Source: an uncultured Acidobacteriota bacterium
GTDB taxonomy: Bacteria > Acidobacteriota > Vicinamibacteria > Fen-336
Reading direction: 5' to 3'
Assembly: GCA_963818355.1 (NCBI GenBank)
Contig: CAWFSB010000039.1
Span: 45,052 to 109,051, forward strand
Length of the DNA: 64,000 bases
The position numbers were made by a program, and so were the translations under genes. Below are positions 10,080 through 19,219 of the stretch, piece after piece. Positions within the stretch are counted from its first letter, which is position 1; the number at the start of each line of letters is the position of its first letter. A model generated the notes under the pieces. It was not told the origin of the DNA. It did not search any database and saw nothing but the letters and a program-made list of their open reading frames with translations.

Positions 10080-11333
10080 CTAATTCTGTCCGTTCTGGGC
10101 CGACTTGTAAACGGGGAGGAATGACACCGCCACCGCGCCCAGGAGGGCGAGGGTGACGAGCAGGGCGAAGCCGGGGCCGTAGCTGCCGGTGCGGTCGCGC
10201 AGAGTGGCCACCGCCATCGGCACCACCGCCTCGGCGACACCGTCGGCGGTCAGGACGATGCCCATGACGCGACCCATGCGCTTCAGGCCGAAGAGGTCGG
10301 CGGCCATGAGCGGGATGATCATGTAGTCGCCGCCGAGGCCGACGCCGAACGCGACGGCGGCGGCCCGGAGGGTGAGCGGCGAGGGCGCGGCCCACAAGAG
10401 CGGGATGGTGCCCGCCACGATCAGGTAGATGAGGAGCATCACCCGCTTCCGGGGCCAGCGGTCCGCGAGCCACCCCATCAGGAGGCGGCCCGCGATGCTG
10501 CCCACGAGGACGAGGGAGATGAGCTCGGCGACCCGGGCCTGGGCCATGCCCCGGTCCATCGCGAAGAAGAGCTTCAGGTTCTGGGTGGTGCCGCCCACCG
10601 CCCCGATCGAGGCCATGCTGCCGAGGGCGAGGAGGTAGAAGGCCGGCTGGCGCAGGACGTCCAGGATCGAGTCACTCACCGCCGCGCCGGTTTCCGGCGC
10701 GGCGGAACGCGGCGTCCTCGCTTCCCCTTTCGCCCCGTGCGCCTCCGGCTCGCGGACGAACCAGGCGAGCGGGAAGGCGATCGCGATCATGAGGACGCCG
10801 AGCACCTTCAGGGCGGTGCGCCAGCCGAGGGCCTCGGTCAGCGCGTGGGCGAGGAGCGGCACGAGCGCGCCGCCCACCCCGATGCCGAGGTAGGCGATGC
10901 CCATGGCCCGGCCGCGCCCGGCGTCGAACCAGCGGGAGAGCATCACCTGGTTGGGCAGCGGGCCGCCGGTGACGTAGCCGAGCGCGTTCATCAGGTAGAA
11001 CGTGTAGAAGGCGAGGAGCGTCGTCGTGCCGCCGAGGCCGATCGGGGCGAGCCCGGCGAGGAGGACGCCGACGAGCATCAGCCGGCGCGGCCCGAACCGG
11101 TCCACGACGACGCCGGCGAAGAAGCCGAAGAGCGGGCCGATCACCAGCTTCGCGAAGGCGTTGCCGGACGTGACCTGGGCCCGGGTCCAGCCCAGCTCCT
11201 TGACGAAGAAGTCGTAGAAGAAGGGCAGGCCGTAGAAGGCGAAGCCCACGATCGAGAAGAGGGCGAAGAAGGCGGTGGCGACGGCCAGCCCCTGGTCCCG
11301 CTTGCGGGAGGCTTCGGGTGTTTCGCTCGTCAT
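10080..11333 (-). CDS. MFS transporter
   Basis: Internal ATG 11333 of ORF 10080..12779 overlaps the upstream stop as ATGA. Multi-TM hydrophobic sequence with an MFS-type loop [13 protein letters not shown]. Intact (417 aa). Confidence 0.8.
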   Translation of the reverse strand: MTSETPEASRKRDQGLAVATAFFALFSIVGFAFYGLPFFYDFFVKELGWTRAQVTSGNAFAKLVIGPLFGFFAGVVVDRFGPRRLMLVGVLLAGLAPIGLGGTTTLLAFYTFYLMNALGYVTGGPLPNQVMLSRWFDAGRGRAMGIAYLGIGVGGALVPLLAHALTEALGWRTALKVLGVLMIAIAFPLAWFVREPEAHGAKGEARTPRSAAPETGAAVSDSILDVLRQPAFYLLALGSMASIGAVGGTTQNLKLFFAMDRGMAQARVAELISLVLVGSIAGRLLMGWLADRWPRKRVMLLIYLIVAGTIPLLWAAPSPLTLRAAAVAFGVGLGGDYMIIPLMAADLFGLKRMGRVMGIVLTADGVAEAVVPMAVATLRDRTGSYGPGFALLVTLALLGAVAVSFLPVYKSAQNGQN

Positions 11334-12779
11334 GCCCTCAGGGCTTCCTTGACCGCCTTCAGCCGCTCGGCCTCGGGCCGCGCGGCGTAGAACGGGTCGA
11401 GAGGATAGCACCCCGAGGGCAGCCCCTTGCGCGGGGCGGTCGTGCAGTCGCTGAACGTCCGGCAGATCTTCTTGCGGACGAGCGGGCGGCCGGACAGGAC
11501 GTCCGCCGGCATCTCGGGGTAGGAGAGGACCATGCGGCCGAGGCCCACGAAGTCGGCCTGCGCCCTCGCGCACCACGCGCTGGCCCACGTTCGGCAGCCA
11601 CTCCTGCAGGTAGCTGTAGGCCGAGCCCACCAGCACCATGTCCGGGAAGTCCTTCTTGAGGAGCGCCGTGGCGCGGACCTGGCGGGCGACACCCGACCAG
11701 CGGGTCCTCGGGCGGCAGGTAGCCGTCGCTCGGGGGGAAGAGCGCGGGCCGCTGCAGGTGGGGGTTGTAGTAGGGGCTCCCGGCGCTGACGCAGGCCCAG
11801 CGGATGCCGAGGCCGTGCAGGACGCGGAGAAGCGCGCGGCTCTCGTCGAGGGCGTCCTCCAGGCGCTCGCCGCGCAGGAGGCCGAAGGCCGACGTGTAGC
11901 CCTCGTCGGCCCGCTCGGGCTCGCCCCGTCCTTCCGCGCCCTTCCGCCAGGGCACCGTGTCGAAGGCGGAGAAGCGCACGCCGATGCGCAGGCCCGGGGC
12001 CTCGGCGCGGATGCCCTCGACGACGGTGCGCAGGAAGCGGGTCCGGTTCTCGAGGCTGCCGCCGTAGCGGCCGGGCCGGTCGTGGCCGGCCGAGGAGCTC
12101 GTGGCCGAGGTAGCCGTGGCAGTGCTTCACGTCCACGAACTGGAACCCGGCCCGCTGCGCGAGCACGGCGGCCCGCACGTAGTCGTCGACCAGGCGGTCG
12201 AGGTCCTCGTCGGTCAGGATCCGCACGCCGCCGGGGAAGCGCCGGTCGAGGACCGGGTGGGCGAAGGCGACGAGCGGCTCCGGCCGGTCCCAGGCGTTCG
12301 GGCGGGCGTAGCGGCCCGAGTGGGTGATCTGCAGGCCCACGACGAGGTCGTTCGCGGCGCCCTTGCCGAAGCTCGACTCGTGCGCCGCCACGAGGTCGTC
12401 GCGCAGGCGCGCCAGCGATTCCCAGGTCGCGGCGCCGATCACGAGCTGGCAGGGGTTCGCGCGGCCGTCGTGGCGCACGGCGGCCGCCTCGCCGCCCCAG
12501 ATCGAGCTTGGCGCCGGAGAGGCCGAAGTTCTGCCAGCGGCGGCGGGTCAGCTCGGTCGGGTGGCCGTCGGCCGTGCCGTCCCAGCCCTCCATCGGCAGG
12601 ATGCAGAAGCGGTTGCCCGCGCGCAGGCCGTCGGCCTCGAGCGGGCGGGCGAAGGGGGAGTCGGACGGCGTCGCGAGCGCGTCGTCGAAGGAGAGCGGGA
12701 TGCCGCCCGCCTCGAGGTGCCGGCGGAAGGCCTCGGGGGAGCGGAGGGTCGCGACGCGCACCCAGCCTGGATCAGCCAT
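11330..12779 (-). CDS. Old Yellow Enzyme-type NADH:flavin oxidoreductase (at least 4 frame disruptions: ~12480, ~12090, ~11690, ~11560)
   Basis: Pieces in three frames join to [68 protein letters not shown]...KEALRA*. Start ATG is at 12779. Confidence 0.75.
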
Positions 12780-12797
12780 GTCTTCGACCTTCCGTGT

Positions 12798-12928
12798 TTG
12801 TCATCCCGAGGGACTCCGACCTGCCGCCCCTTGTCATCCCGAGGGACTCCGTCTGGCCGGGTCCCGAGGGATCTGCCGGTTGCGGACCCCTCGTCGCCCG
12901 GCACGACCGGGCTCCTCGGGGTGACAAG
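12798..12928 (-). repeat. nested-palindrome intergenic repeat, copy 3 (inverted orientation, right arm duplicated)
   Basis: The reverse complement reads CTTGTCACCCCGAGGAGC..GGGCGACGAGGGGTCCGC..GATCCCTCGGGACC..GGAGTCCCTCGGGATGACAA, plus a second GGAGTCCCTCGGGATGACAA. Confidence 0.85.
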
Positions 12929-12970
12929 AAAGAAAACGGCCGGGGCGGGGGAGGGATCCCGCCCCGGCCG
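12927..12970 (-). terminator. rho-independent terminator of TBDR 12982..16311
   Basis: Minus strand reads CGGCCGGGGCGGG-atccctcc-CCCGCCCCGGCCG followed by TTTTCTTTCTT, 11 nt after the stop. The U-tract overlaps the end of repeat copy 3. Confidence 0.85.
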
Positions 12971-12981
12971 TGAACGAAGCG

Positions 12982-15900
12982 CTAGAAGATCACGCGGGCG
13001 CCGAGCTGGATGTTGCGCGGCTGTCCCGTCACGCCGGTGATCAGCCCGAAGCTGGCCGAATTGAGGTCGGTGTTCGGGTTGGCCCAGTTGACATGGTTCC
13101 AGACGTTGAAGAAGTCGGCCAGGATCTGGACCTTGACGTCGTCGCTGATGACGAACTGCTTGCGCAGCGAGATGTCCCAGACGCTGTACGACGGGCCGTT
13201 GAACTGGCCGCGCTCGCTGTTGCCGCGCCGGCCCTCGGGGGCCGGGGCGAACGCGGCGCGATTGAGCCACTGGACCGCGCCGGTCGTGGGGTTGATCAGG
13301 TCGGCAGCGTACGGGTCGCCGCCGACGTAGTCGGCCCGGCGGCCGCCGATCGAGGTCGGCCCGGTGACCGTGAGCGGCGCGCCCGTCTGGTAGCGGGTGA
13401 TGCCCGAGATCTCCCAGCCGCCCAGGACCTGGCCGAGGAAGCCGCGGTTGTCCTTGAAGAACGGCAGGCGGTAGCTCCACGTGCCCACGAAGATGTGCGT
13501 CGCGGTAGAAGTCGCTCGGGCCCCAGTAGTAGTCGATGTCCTCGGGACCGTCCGCCGGGTTGTCGAAGTTGCCGCTGCCGTTGTCCTTGGACGAGCCGTA
13601 CGTGTAGTTGAGCGTGAAGTTGAGGTCCCCGCGCCGCTTGCTGAGGAAGACCTGCAGGGCGTTGTAGCTGGAGTTCGCGTCGGAGAGGCCCATCTGGATG
13701 TCCGCGTAGCCCTTGTACGGCCGCAGGTAGTTCGTGTTGTACTTCGGCCCCGCCGCGTTCGCCTCGCGGTCCGCGAAGGACGGCAGGTTGATGTCCGGCC
13801 GCCGCATCAGGTTGGAGCCGTCGGCGCCGACGTAGGCGATCTCGCCGAAGAGGCCCCACCACGGCAGCTCGCGCTGCAGGCTCAGGCTCCAGTTCCACTG
13901 GCGCGGGATCTTGAAGCCCGTCGAGACCGACTGCATGCTGCCCCACGGCGCGAGCGCGGGCACCGCGGCGCCGCCGGGGTTGGCGAGGTTGCCGTTCTCG
14001 TAGGACGCGCTGAGGGCGAACGGCGGGTTGTTCGGCAGGCCGAAGTACAGGTTGCCCTCGGGGCGGTCGTAGTAGAGGCCGATCCCGCCGCGGACGGACG
14101 TCTTGCCGTCGCCGCCGGGCGACCACGCGAAGCTGGTGCGCGGCATGAAGAGGTGCTGCGGGTCGTAGATGCCGCGGCTGTCGGCGATCGGGATCGACTG
14201 CACGGCGGGGCTGCCCGCGTTCGGCACGTCGGCCACCTGGTCGTCAGGCACCTCGCCGGGGCGGACCAGGCCGTTGTAGCGGTTGCCGCGTGCCGGGCAC
14301 GAGCGTGCCGTTCGTGTTGACCGTGACCGCCTGCGCCGGATCGTAGCTATTGGGGTCGAAGGCCGTGAGGTTGTTGCCGGCCGTGATGGTCGGGTAGTGG
14401 TACGTGTAGCGGACGCCCAGCTCGACGCTGAAGTTCGGCGTGACGCGCCAGCTGTCGGTCACGAACGCCTCGAACTGATAGAAGCGGAAGAGCCCGATCG
14501 GGTCGAGCTGCGCCTCGGTGTAGCTGCGGAAGTTGCCGAGGAGCGCGTCGGCGAAGGCGTTGCCGGTGCTGTTCGGGTTGCCGGACGGGTTGAAGTTCAC
14601 GTTGCCGGCGTACTGCGAGCGGCCGTTCTGCTTCTTCGTGTTGAAGATGCCGAGGACGCCGGTCTTCAGCGTGTGCGCGCCCTTCAGGATCGTCAGGGTG
14701 TCGGCGAGGGCGAAGTCCTTGGTCGGGGAGATGAGCGCGTTGCTGGCGCTCTGCCAGCCCGCGAAGCCCGAGACCGCGCCCACCGGGATCGAGTCCTCGT
14801 AGGTGCCGCCGTTGGGGTAGACCTGCGGGAACTGGAAGCCGTACGTGGAGCGAGCCCACCTCTCTCCGACGGGGTCGATGGACTGGTTGTTGCCCGAGTA
14901 GTTGAACTTGATCTCGTTCAGCAGCGTGTTCGAGACCGTCCAGTTGTGGTTCAGCTGGAGGTTCCAGCCGGGGCGGTTGCGGTCCGTCGGGACCGTCGGC
15001 AGGTTGCCGCCGATGAAGGTCCCGTAGGGGTCGGTCAGCGTGTAGTGGTCGAGCATCACGCGCGCGGTCAGCCGGTGCGCGGCGTTGATGTTGTAGTCGA
15101 GGCGCATCATCTCCTGGCGCCAGCGGAAGGGGTTCGCCTCCTGGAAGAGGGCGTTGTTCGCGGTCGGGGTGTCCGTGTAGGAGCTCGCGATCTGCGACAT
15201 CTGGTTGTAGAAGCTCCCGAACGCCTGGCCGTCAGCGGTGATCCGGCTCGCCGGGATGATGTTGCCGGGGAAGGGCTGGCCGGTGAGCGGGTCGCGCAGC
15301 GCCGTCGTGAGGTGGCTGAAGTTCCCGCCTCGCATCGCGGTCGTGGGCAGGGTCTGCAGCGACGGGCTGGAGAAGCGGTCGATCTGCTTCCACTCGACGC
15401 CCGCGAAGAAGAAGAGCTTGTCCTTGATCACCGGGCCGCCGAGCGCGCCGCCGAAGTCGTTGTACTTCAGGTCGGACCGGGGCACGTTGCGCGCGTTGTT
15501 GAAGTAGTTGTTCGCGTCGAGCCCTTCGTTGCGGTGGTAGGCGAACACGCTGCCGTGGAACTCGTTCGAGCCCGAGCGCGTCACGACGTTGACCGCGGCG
15601 CCGGAGTTGCGGCCGTACTCGGACGGAGAAGTTCGCGGTCTTGATCGCGACCTCCTCGATGAAGTCGACGCCGACGTTGCTGATCTGGCTGTTGTTCGAG
15701 CCCCCGTCCATGTTGAAGCCGCCGTCGACGGTCAGCAGGGTCGCGTTGGTGCGGCTGCCGTTGACCGACGTGTTGATCCCGAGGCCGGTCATGATGTCGA
15801 GCGCGTTCGGGTTGAGGTCGGGCGCGCCGGGGATGAGGGTGGTGAGCTGGAGGTAGTTGCGGCCGTTCAGGGCCAGGTCCTGGACCTGCTGGCGGTCGAC

Positions 15901-16311
15901 CGTGCGCGCGATCTCGCCCGAGACCGTGTTCACGGTCTCGCTCTCGACCGTGACCTCGACCGTTTCGTTGAGGCCGCCGACCTCGAGCGTGAAGCTCGCG
16001 GTGACGCGGCCGTCCGCCACCAGCACGAAGCCGGAGCGCACGGCCTTCTTGAAGCCGGTGAGCTCGGCGCTCACGGTGTAGCTCCCGAGGGGCAGGTTGG
16101 CGAAGACGTAGGCGCCCTGCGCGTCGGTCGAGGCGGTGCGCGTGTAGTTCGTGTTGACCTCGGTGACCGTCACCGTGGCGCCCGGCAGCAGCCCACCCTG
16201 GGCGTCGACGACCGCGCCCGAGATGCGGCCCGACGTGGCCTGGGCGAAGACCGTGGTGCCCAGCATGGCGAACACCGCCAGCGTGAGCAGGGTGCGGATG
16301 GCTCGACTCAT
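12982..16311 (-). CDS. TonB-dependent receptor with carboxypeptidase-regulatory-like domain (3 frame disruptions: ~15630, ~14290, ~13500)
   Basis: ATG 16311. Signal peptide MSRAIRTLLTLAVFAMLGTTVFAQA. GRISGAVVDAQGGLLPGATVTV...YTVSAELTGFKKA domain. Successive pieces are in ORFs 15232..16311, 14244..15584, 12548..14251 and 12982..13488, ending ...NIQLGARVIF*. Confidence 0.9.
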
Positions 16312-16431
16312 GAATCCTCCCTTTAGTCCGATCCCCGCCGCCTCGCCCTCCGCGGGTGCCCGTTGGCGGCTCGAACGCCGAGCTCATCGGCCCGTCGTTC
16401 GCGCACATGAGCGGGTTCGATCGACGGCACG

Positions 16432-16461
16432 AGCTTAGAGGGACGAAGTTTGTGACGTCAA
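16432..16461 (-). promoter_or_regulatory. candidate promoter TTGACG-N18-TAAGCT for TBDR 12982..16311
   Basis: Minus strand reads TTGACG (16461-16456), an 18-nt spacer, then TAAGCT (16437-16432). This implies a leader of about 115 nt. Confidence 0.5.
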
Positions 16462-16467
16462 GGCTCA

Positions 16468-16479
16468 TATAGGATATAG
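16468..16479. promoter_or_regulatory. conserved 12-mer TATAGGATATAG, site 1 (candidate operator or UP-like element)
   Basis: Identical 12-mer to 19122-19133. It lies 6 nt upstream of the -35 of the TBDR promoter and just downstream of the GntR gene. Confidence 0.55.
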
Positions 16480-16487
16480 AGACTGAG

Positions 16488-17234
16488 TCAGGAAGTGACC
16501 AGGAAGGTCGGCTCGGCAAACGGGCGCAAAGTGCGCGCGGTGCAGGAGCCGCGGGCGGGGCATCCCGCTGGAGGTAGTCGGCGTAGGCGGCCTGCGCCGC
16601 CTGGTTGTGCGCCCGGACGATCTGCTCAGCCTCGTCCGGGTCCCGTCGGACCAGGGCCCCCAGGAGCGCGTGGTGCTCGCCCTGCGCCTGCACGACCCGG
16701 GGCACCACGACGCCCTCGAAGTAGTGGCGCCGCAGCCGCTCCCAGCGCGCCAGCACCCGCTCGGTCATCTCGCGCAGGAGGGGCATCCGGGCGATCTCGT
16801 TGATCGTCGCGGTGGAGGTCGCTGTTGAGGGCCGCCCAGCGCTCGAGCTCCTGCGCGGCGATCGCGGCGTCCATCTCGGCGACGACGCCCGAGAGCAGGG
16901 CGGTGCCCGCGTCGTCGAGCCAAAGCACCGCCTCGCGCACGCCCACGGTCTCGAGCCCCTCCATGATCGCGAAGACCTCGTGGACCTCGTTCTCGGAGAT
17001 GGGGGCGACCGTGGCACCCACGTGCGGTGCGCCCTGCACGAGCCCCTCGGACTGCAGGAGCTGGAGCGCCTCGCGAATGGGGATGGCGCTCACCTGGAGC
17101 TGGCGGCCGATCTCGTCGATGACGAGCCGCTGGCCGGGGGCGAGCTCGCCCCGCATGATGGCGCCGCGCAGGGACTGGTAGACGTACTCCTGCTTGGTCC
17201 GGAACTGCACGTCGGGGCGGCTTCCGAGGGCCAC
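16488..17234 (-). CDS. GntR-family (FadR/FCD-type) transcriptional regulator; frame disrupted near 16800; 3' end uncertain
   Basis: GTG 17234 lies 3 nt after GGAGGT. Winged HTH YVYQSLRGAIMRGELAPGQRLVIDEIGRQLQVSAIPIREALQLLQSEGLV. The FCD-like C-terminal half (NEIARMPLLREMTERVLARWERLRRHYF...QGEHHALLGAL) is in the frame of ORF 15581..17017. No in-frame stop occurs until one more shift is assumed, so 16488 is one candidate stop. Confidence 0.75.
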
Positions 17235-17244
17235 GGGACCTCCG

Positions 17245-18543
17245 CTAGGCCTTGATCTCGATCCTGGTCCGCGTCTCGATCGCGTCGAAACCGGCGATGC
17301 ACGCCCGGGCCGAGGCCAGGGCCCGGTCGGGCCCCACCCGCAGCGGCGCGCCGGTGCGGATGGCGCTGCAGAAGCCGCCGATCTGGTACCGGTAGGCGGC
17401 CAGGCGGTCGCCGCCGCCCGAGGCCGCGCCCGCGCCCTCTCCCGGCCCCGGCGGCGTCGGCGGCGCGGCTCTCGGAGGCGGAGCCCGACCGGGCCCGCCT
17501 TCGGAGCCACCGCGATCGCCGGTCGCCTTCGCCTCGCCGGCCGGCGCCCCCTCCTCGAAGAGGTAGGCCTCGACCTCGCCCTTGAGGATCAGCGTGCCCT
17601 TCGTCCCGTAGTACGCCTCGTAGTAGTTGTCGAAGGCGTTGGACTCGATCGAGGTGAAGACGGCGGTGCGGCCTCCCGGGTACTCGAGGGTCGCGTACGT
17701 GTGGTCCGGCACCTCGCGGCCGTCCTTGAAGCGGGAGATGCCGCCCGTGCCGATCGCGGCGCTGGCGTTCGCTCCGAAGAACCAGTCGGTGATCGCGACC
17801 ATGTGGCTGGCGAGCTCGGCCATGTGGCCGCGCGAGAACTGCTTGTAGAGGCGCCAGTTGACGAGGTGGTCGAAGGTCGGGTAGCCCCACGCCGCCGCGG
17901 AGTAGTCGGGCGAGGGCAGCTCGGCCTTGCGGCGCCAGTTGCCGTTGCGGTGCCAGACGAGGCGCGTGTGGTAGACCTCGCCGAGGAGGCCCGCCTTGAC
18001 GATCCCGTCGTAGGAGGCCTGGTAGACCGGGTTGTAGAAGCGCTGGTGGCCGATCTCGAGGACGCGGCGGGCCCGGGTCGCCGCGTCCGCCATGCGCCGG
18101 CCGGACGCGTCGTCCCAGGCCATCATCTTCTCGCACAGGACGTGCAGGCCCGCCTCCAGGCAGCCCACCGTGATGTCGGCGTGGGTGGAGAGCGGCGTCG
18201 CGATCACGACCCCCTCGAGCCGCTCCTTCTGGATCATGTCCTTCCAGTCGGCGTAGTGCTTCCGGGGCGGGCGGCCCGTCTTCACGAGCGACTCGTCGGC
18301 CTTCTCGAGCTGCAGCGGGTTGATGTCGCACAGGGCGACCACCTCGCCGTAGCGCGGGTCGGTCTGCTCGAGCAGCACGCGGCCCTCGCCGCCGGTCCCG
18401 ATGAAGCCGAGGCGCACCGGCCCGCCCCGCACCGGTCCCTTGACCGCCACGGCCACGCCGAGCGCGGCCAGGGCCGGCGTTCCCGCCAGCACGCGCATGA
18501 AGTTGCGGCGTCCCAGTTCCTGCTGCTCGGGCGTGAGGTTCAT
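17245..18543 (-). CDS. Tat-exported Gfo/Idh/MocA-family oxidoreductase
   Basis: ORF 17245..18543 is intact (432 aa). Twin-arginine signal GRRNFMRVLAGTPALAALGVA. Rossmann motif RLGFIGTGGEG. Typical LHVLCEKMMA segment. GGAGG is 8 nt upstream of the ATG. Confidence 0.85.
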   Translation of the reverse strand: MNLTPEQQELGRRNFMRVLAGTPALAALGVAVAVKGPVRGGPVRLGFIGTGGEGRVLLEQTDPRYGEVVALCDINPLQLEKADESLVKTGRPPRKHYADWKDMIQKERLEGVVIATPLSTHADITVGCLEAGLHVLCEKMMAWDDASGRRMADAATRARRVLEIGHQRFYNPVYQASYDGIVKAGLLGEVYHTRLVWHRNGNWRRKAELPSPDYSAAAWGYPTFDHLVNWRLYKQFSRGHMAELASHMVAITDWFFGANASAAIGTGGISRFKDGREVPDHTYATLEYPGGRTAVFTSIESNAFDNYYEAYYGTKGTLILKGEVEAYLFEEGAPAGEAKATGDRGGSEGGPGRAPPPRAAPPTPPGPGEGAGAASGGGDRLAAYRYQIGGFCSAIRTGAPLRVGPDRALASARACIAGFDAIETRTRIEIKA

Positions 18544-18546
18544 CTT

Positions 18547-19075
18547 CTAGGCCTCCACGACCGGCGCGACCGTCGCGCGCGGTCGCGCGAGGACGAGGTC
18601 GAGCCCGGCGATGCGACCGGTTCGGAACACGAGGACGACGAAGACCGCCGCCGCCTCGACGAGGTTCTTGTTGACGAGGAGGTAGTTGCCCTCCGTACCC
18701 GGCTCGTACACGCCGCGCGTCGGCAGCCACGACAGGTAGAAGAGCGGCGAGCAGCGCGAGCGCCCCCGCGCACGCCACCTGGGTGAACAGGCCGAGCATC
18801 AGGCCGAGGCCGACGAGCAGCAGGCCCCAGGCCACGAGCAGGTCGAGCCACGGCAGCCACGACGCGTCCGCGAGGGCGCGGAAGACGTCCGCGAAGGGCC
18901 CCGTGGACGACCGCAGGTAGCCGGCCGAGGAGAATCGCCCCATCGGCACGCCGGCCCGCGTCCAGGCCGGCCAGACGAGCTTCACCAGCCCCTCGTAGAG
19001 GAAGTGCCACCCGATCAGGGTGCGCAGCAGCACGAGGCCGATCTGCTGAGTGCGGTTGAGGGCCAGTGGGTCCAT
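18547..19075 (-). CDS. DoxX-family membrane protein (frame disrupted near 18760)
   Basis: ATG 19075. LLRTLIGWHFLYEGLVKL and several TM segments. The C-terminal part (LFYLSWLPTRGVYEPGTEGNYLLVNKNLVEAAAVFVVLVF...VVEA*) is in another frame and ends TAG 18549-18547, 3 nt before the oxidoreductase ATG. Confidence 0.7.
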
Positions 19076-19084
19076 CGGAGCGGG

Positions 19085-19114
19085 AGGCTACACTCCCGTG
19101 TCGGAGGCGGTCAA
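19085..19114 (-). promoter_or_regulatory. candidate promoter TTGACC-N18-TAGCCT for the DoxX/oxidoreductase/GntR operon (near-leaderless)
   Basis: Minus strand reads TTGACC (19114-19109), an 18-nt spacer, then TAGCCT (19090-19085). Only 9 nt separate the -10 from ATG 19075. Confidence 0.5.
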
Positions 19115-19121
19115 TGAGCCG

Positions 19122-19133
19122 TATAGGATATAG
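19122..19133. promoter_or_regulatory. conserved 12-mer TATAGGATATAG, site 2 (candidate operator or UP-like element)
   Basis: Identical to 16468-16479. It lies 7 nt upstream of the -35 of the DoxX operon promoter, in the divergent intergenic region shared with the heparinase-like gene. Confidence 0.55.
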
Positions 19134-19164
19134 GACCTAGCGCGCCTCGGCGCCGAGGGATGCT

Positions 19165-19205
19165 CGTTTCCGTTCCTGGTTTCGTTCCGTTCTGTCGTTC
19201 CGTTC
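19165..19205 (+). repeat. three direct copies of CG(T)TTCCGTTC in the leader of the heparinase II/III-like gene
   Basis: CGTTTCCGTTC at 19165-19175, CGTTCCGTTC at 19183-19192, CGTTCCGTTC at 19196-19205. The AGGAGA RBS follows at 19208-19213. A fourth CGTTCCGTTC is at 56289-56298. Confidence 0.6.
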
Positions 19206-19219
19206 TCAGGAGAGCCCCG

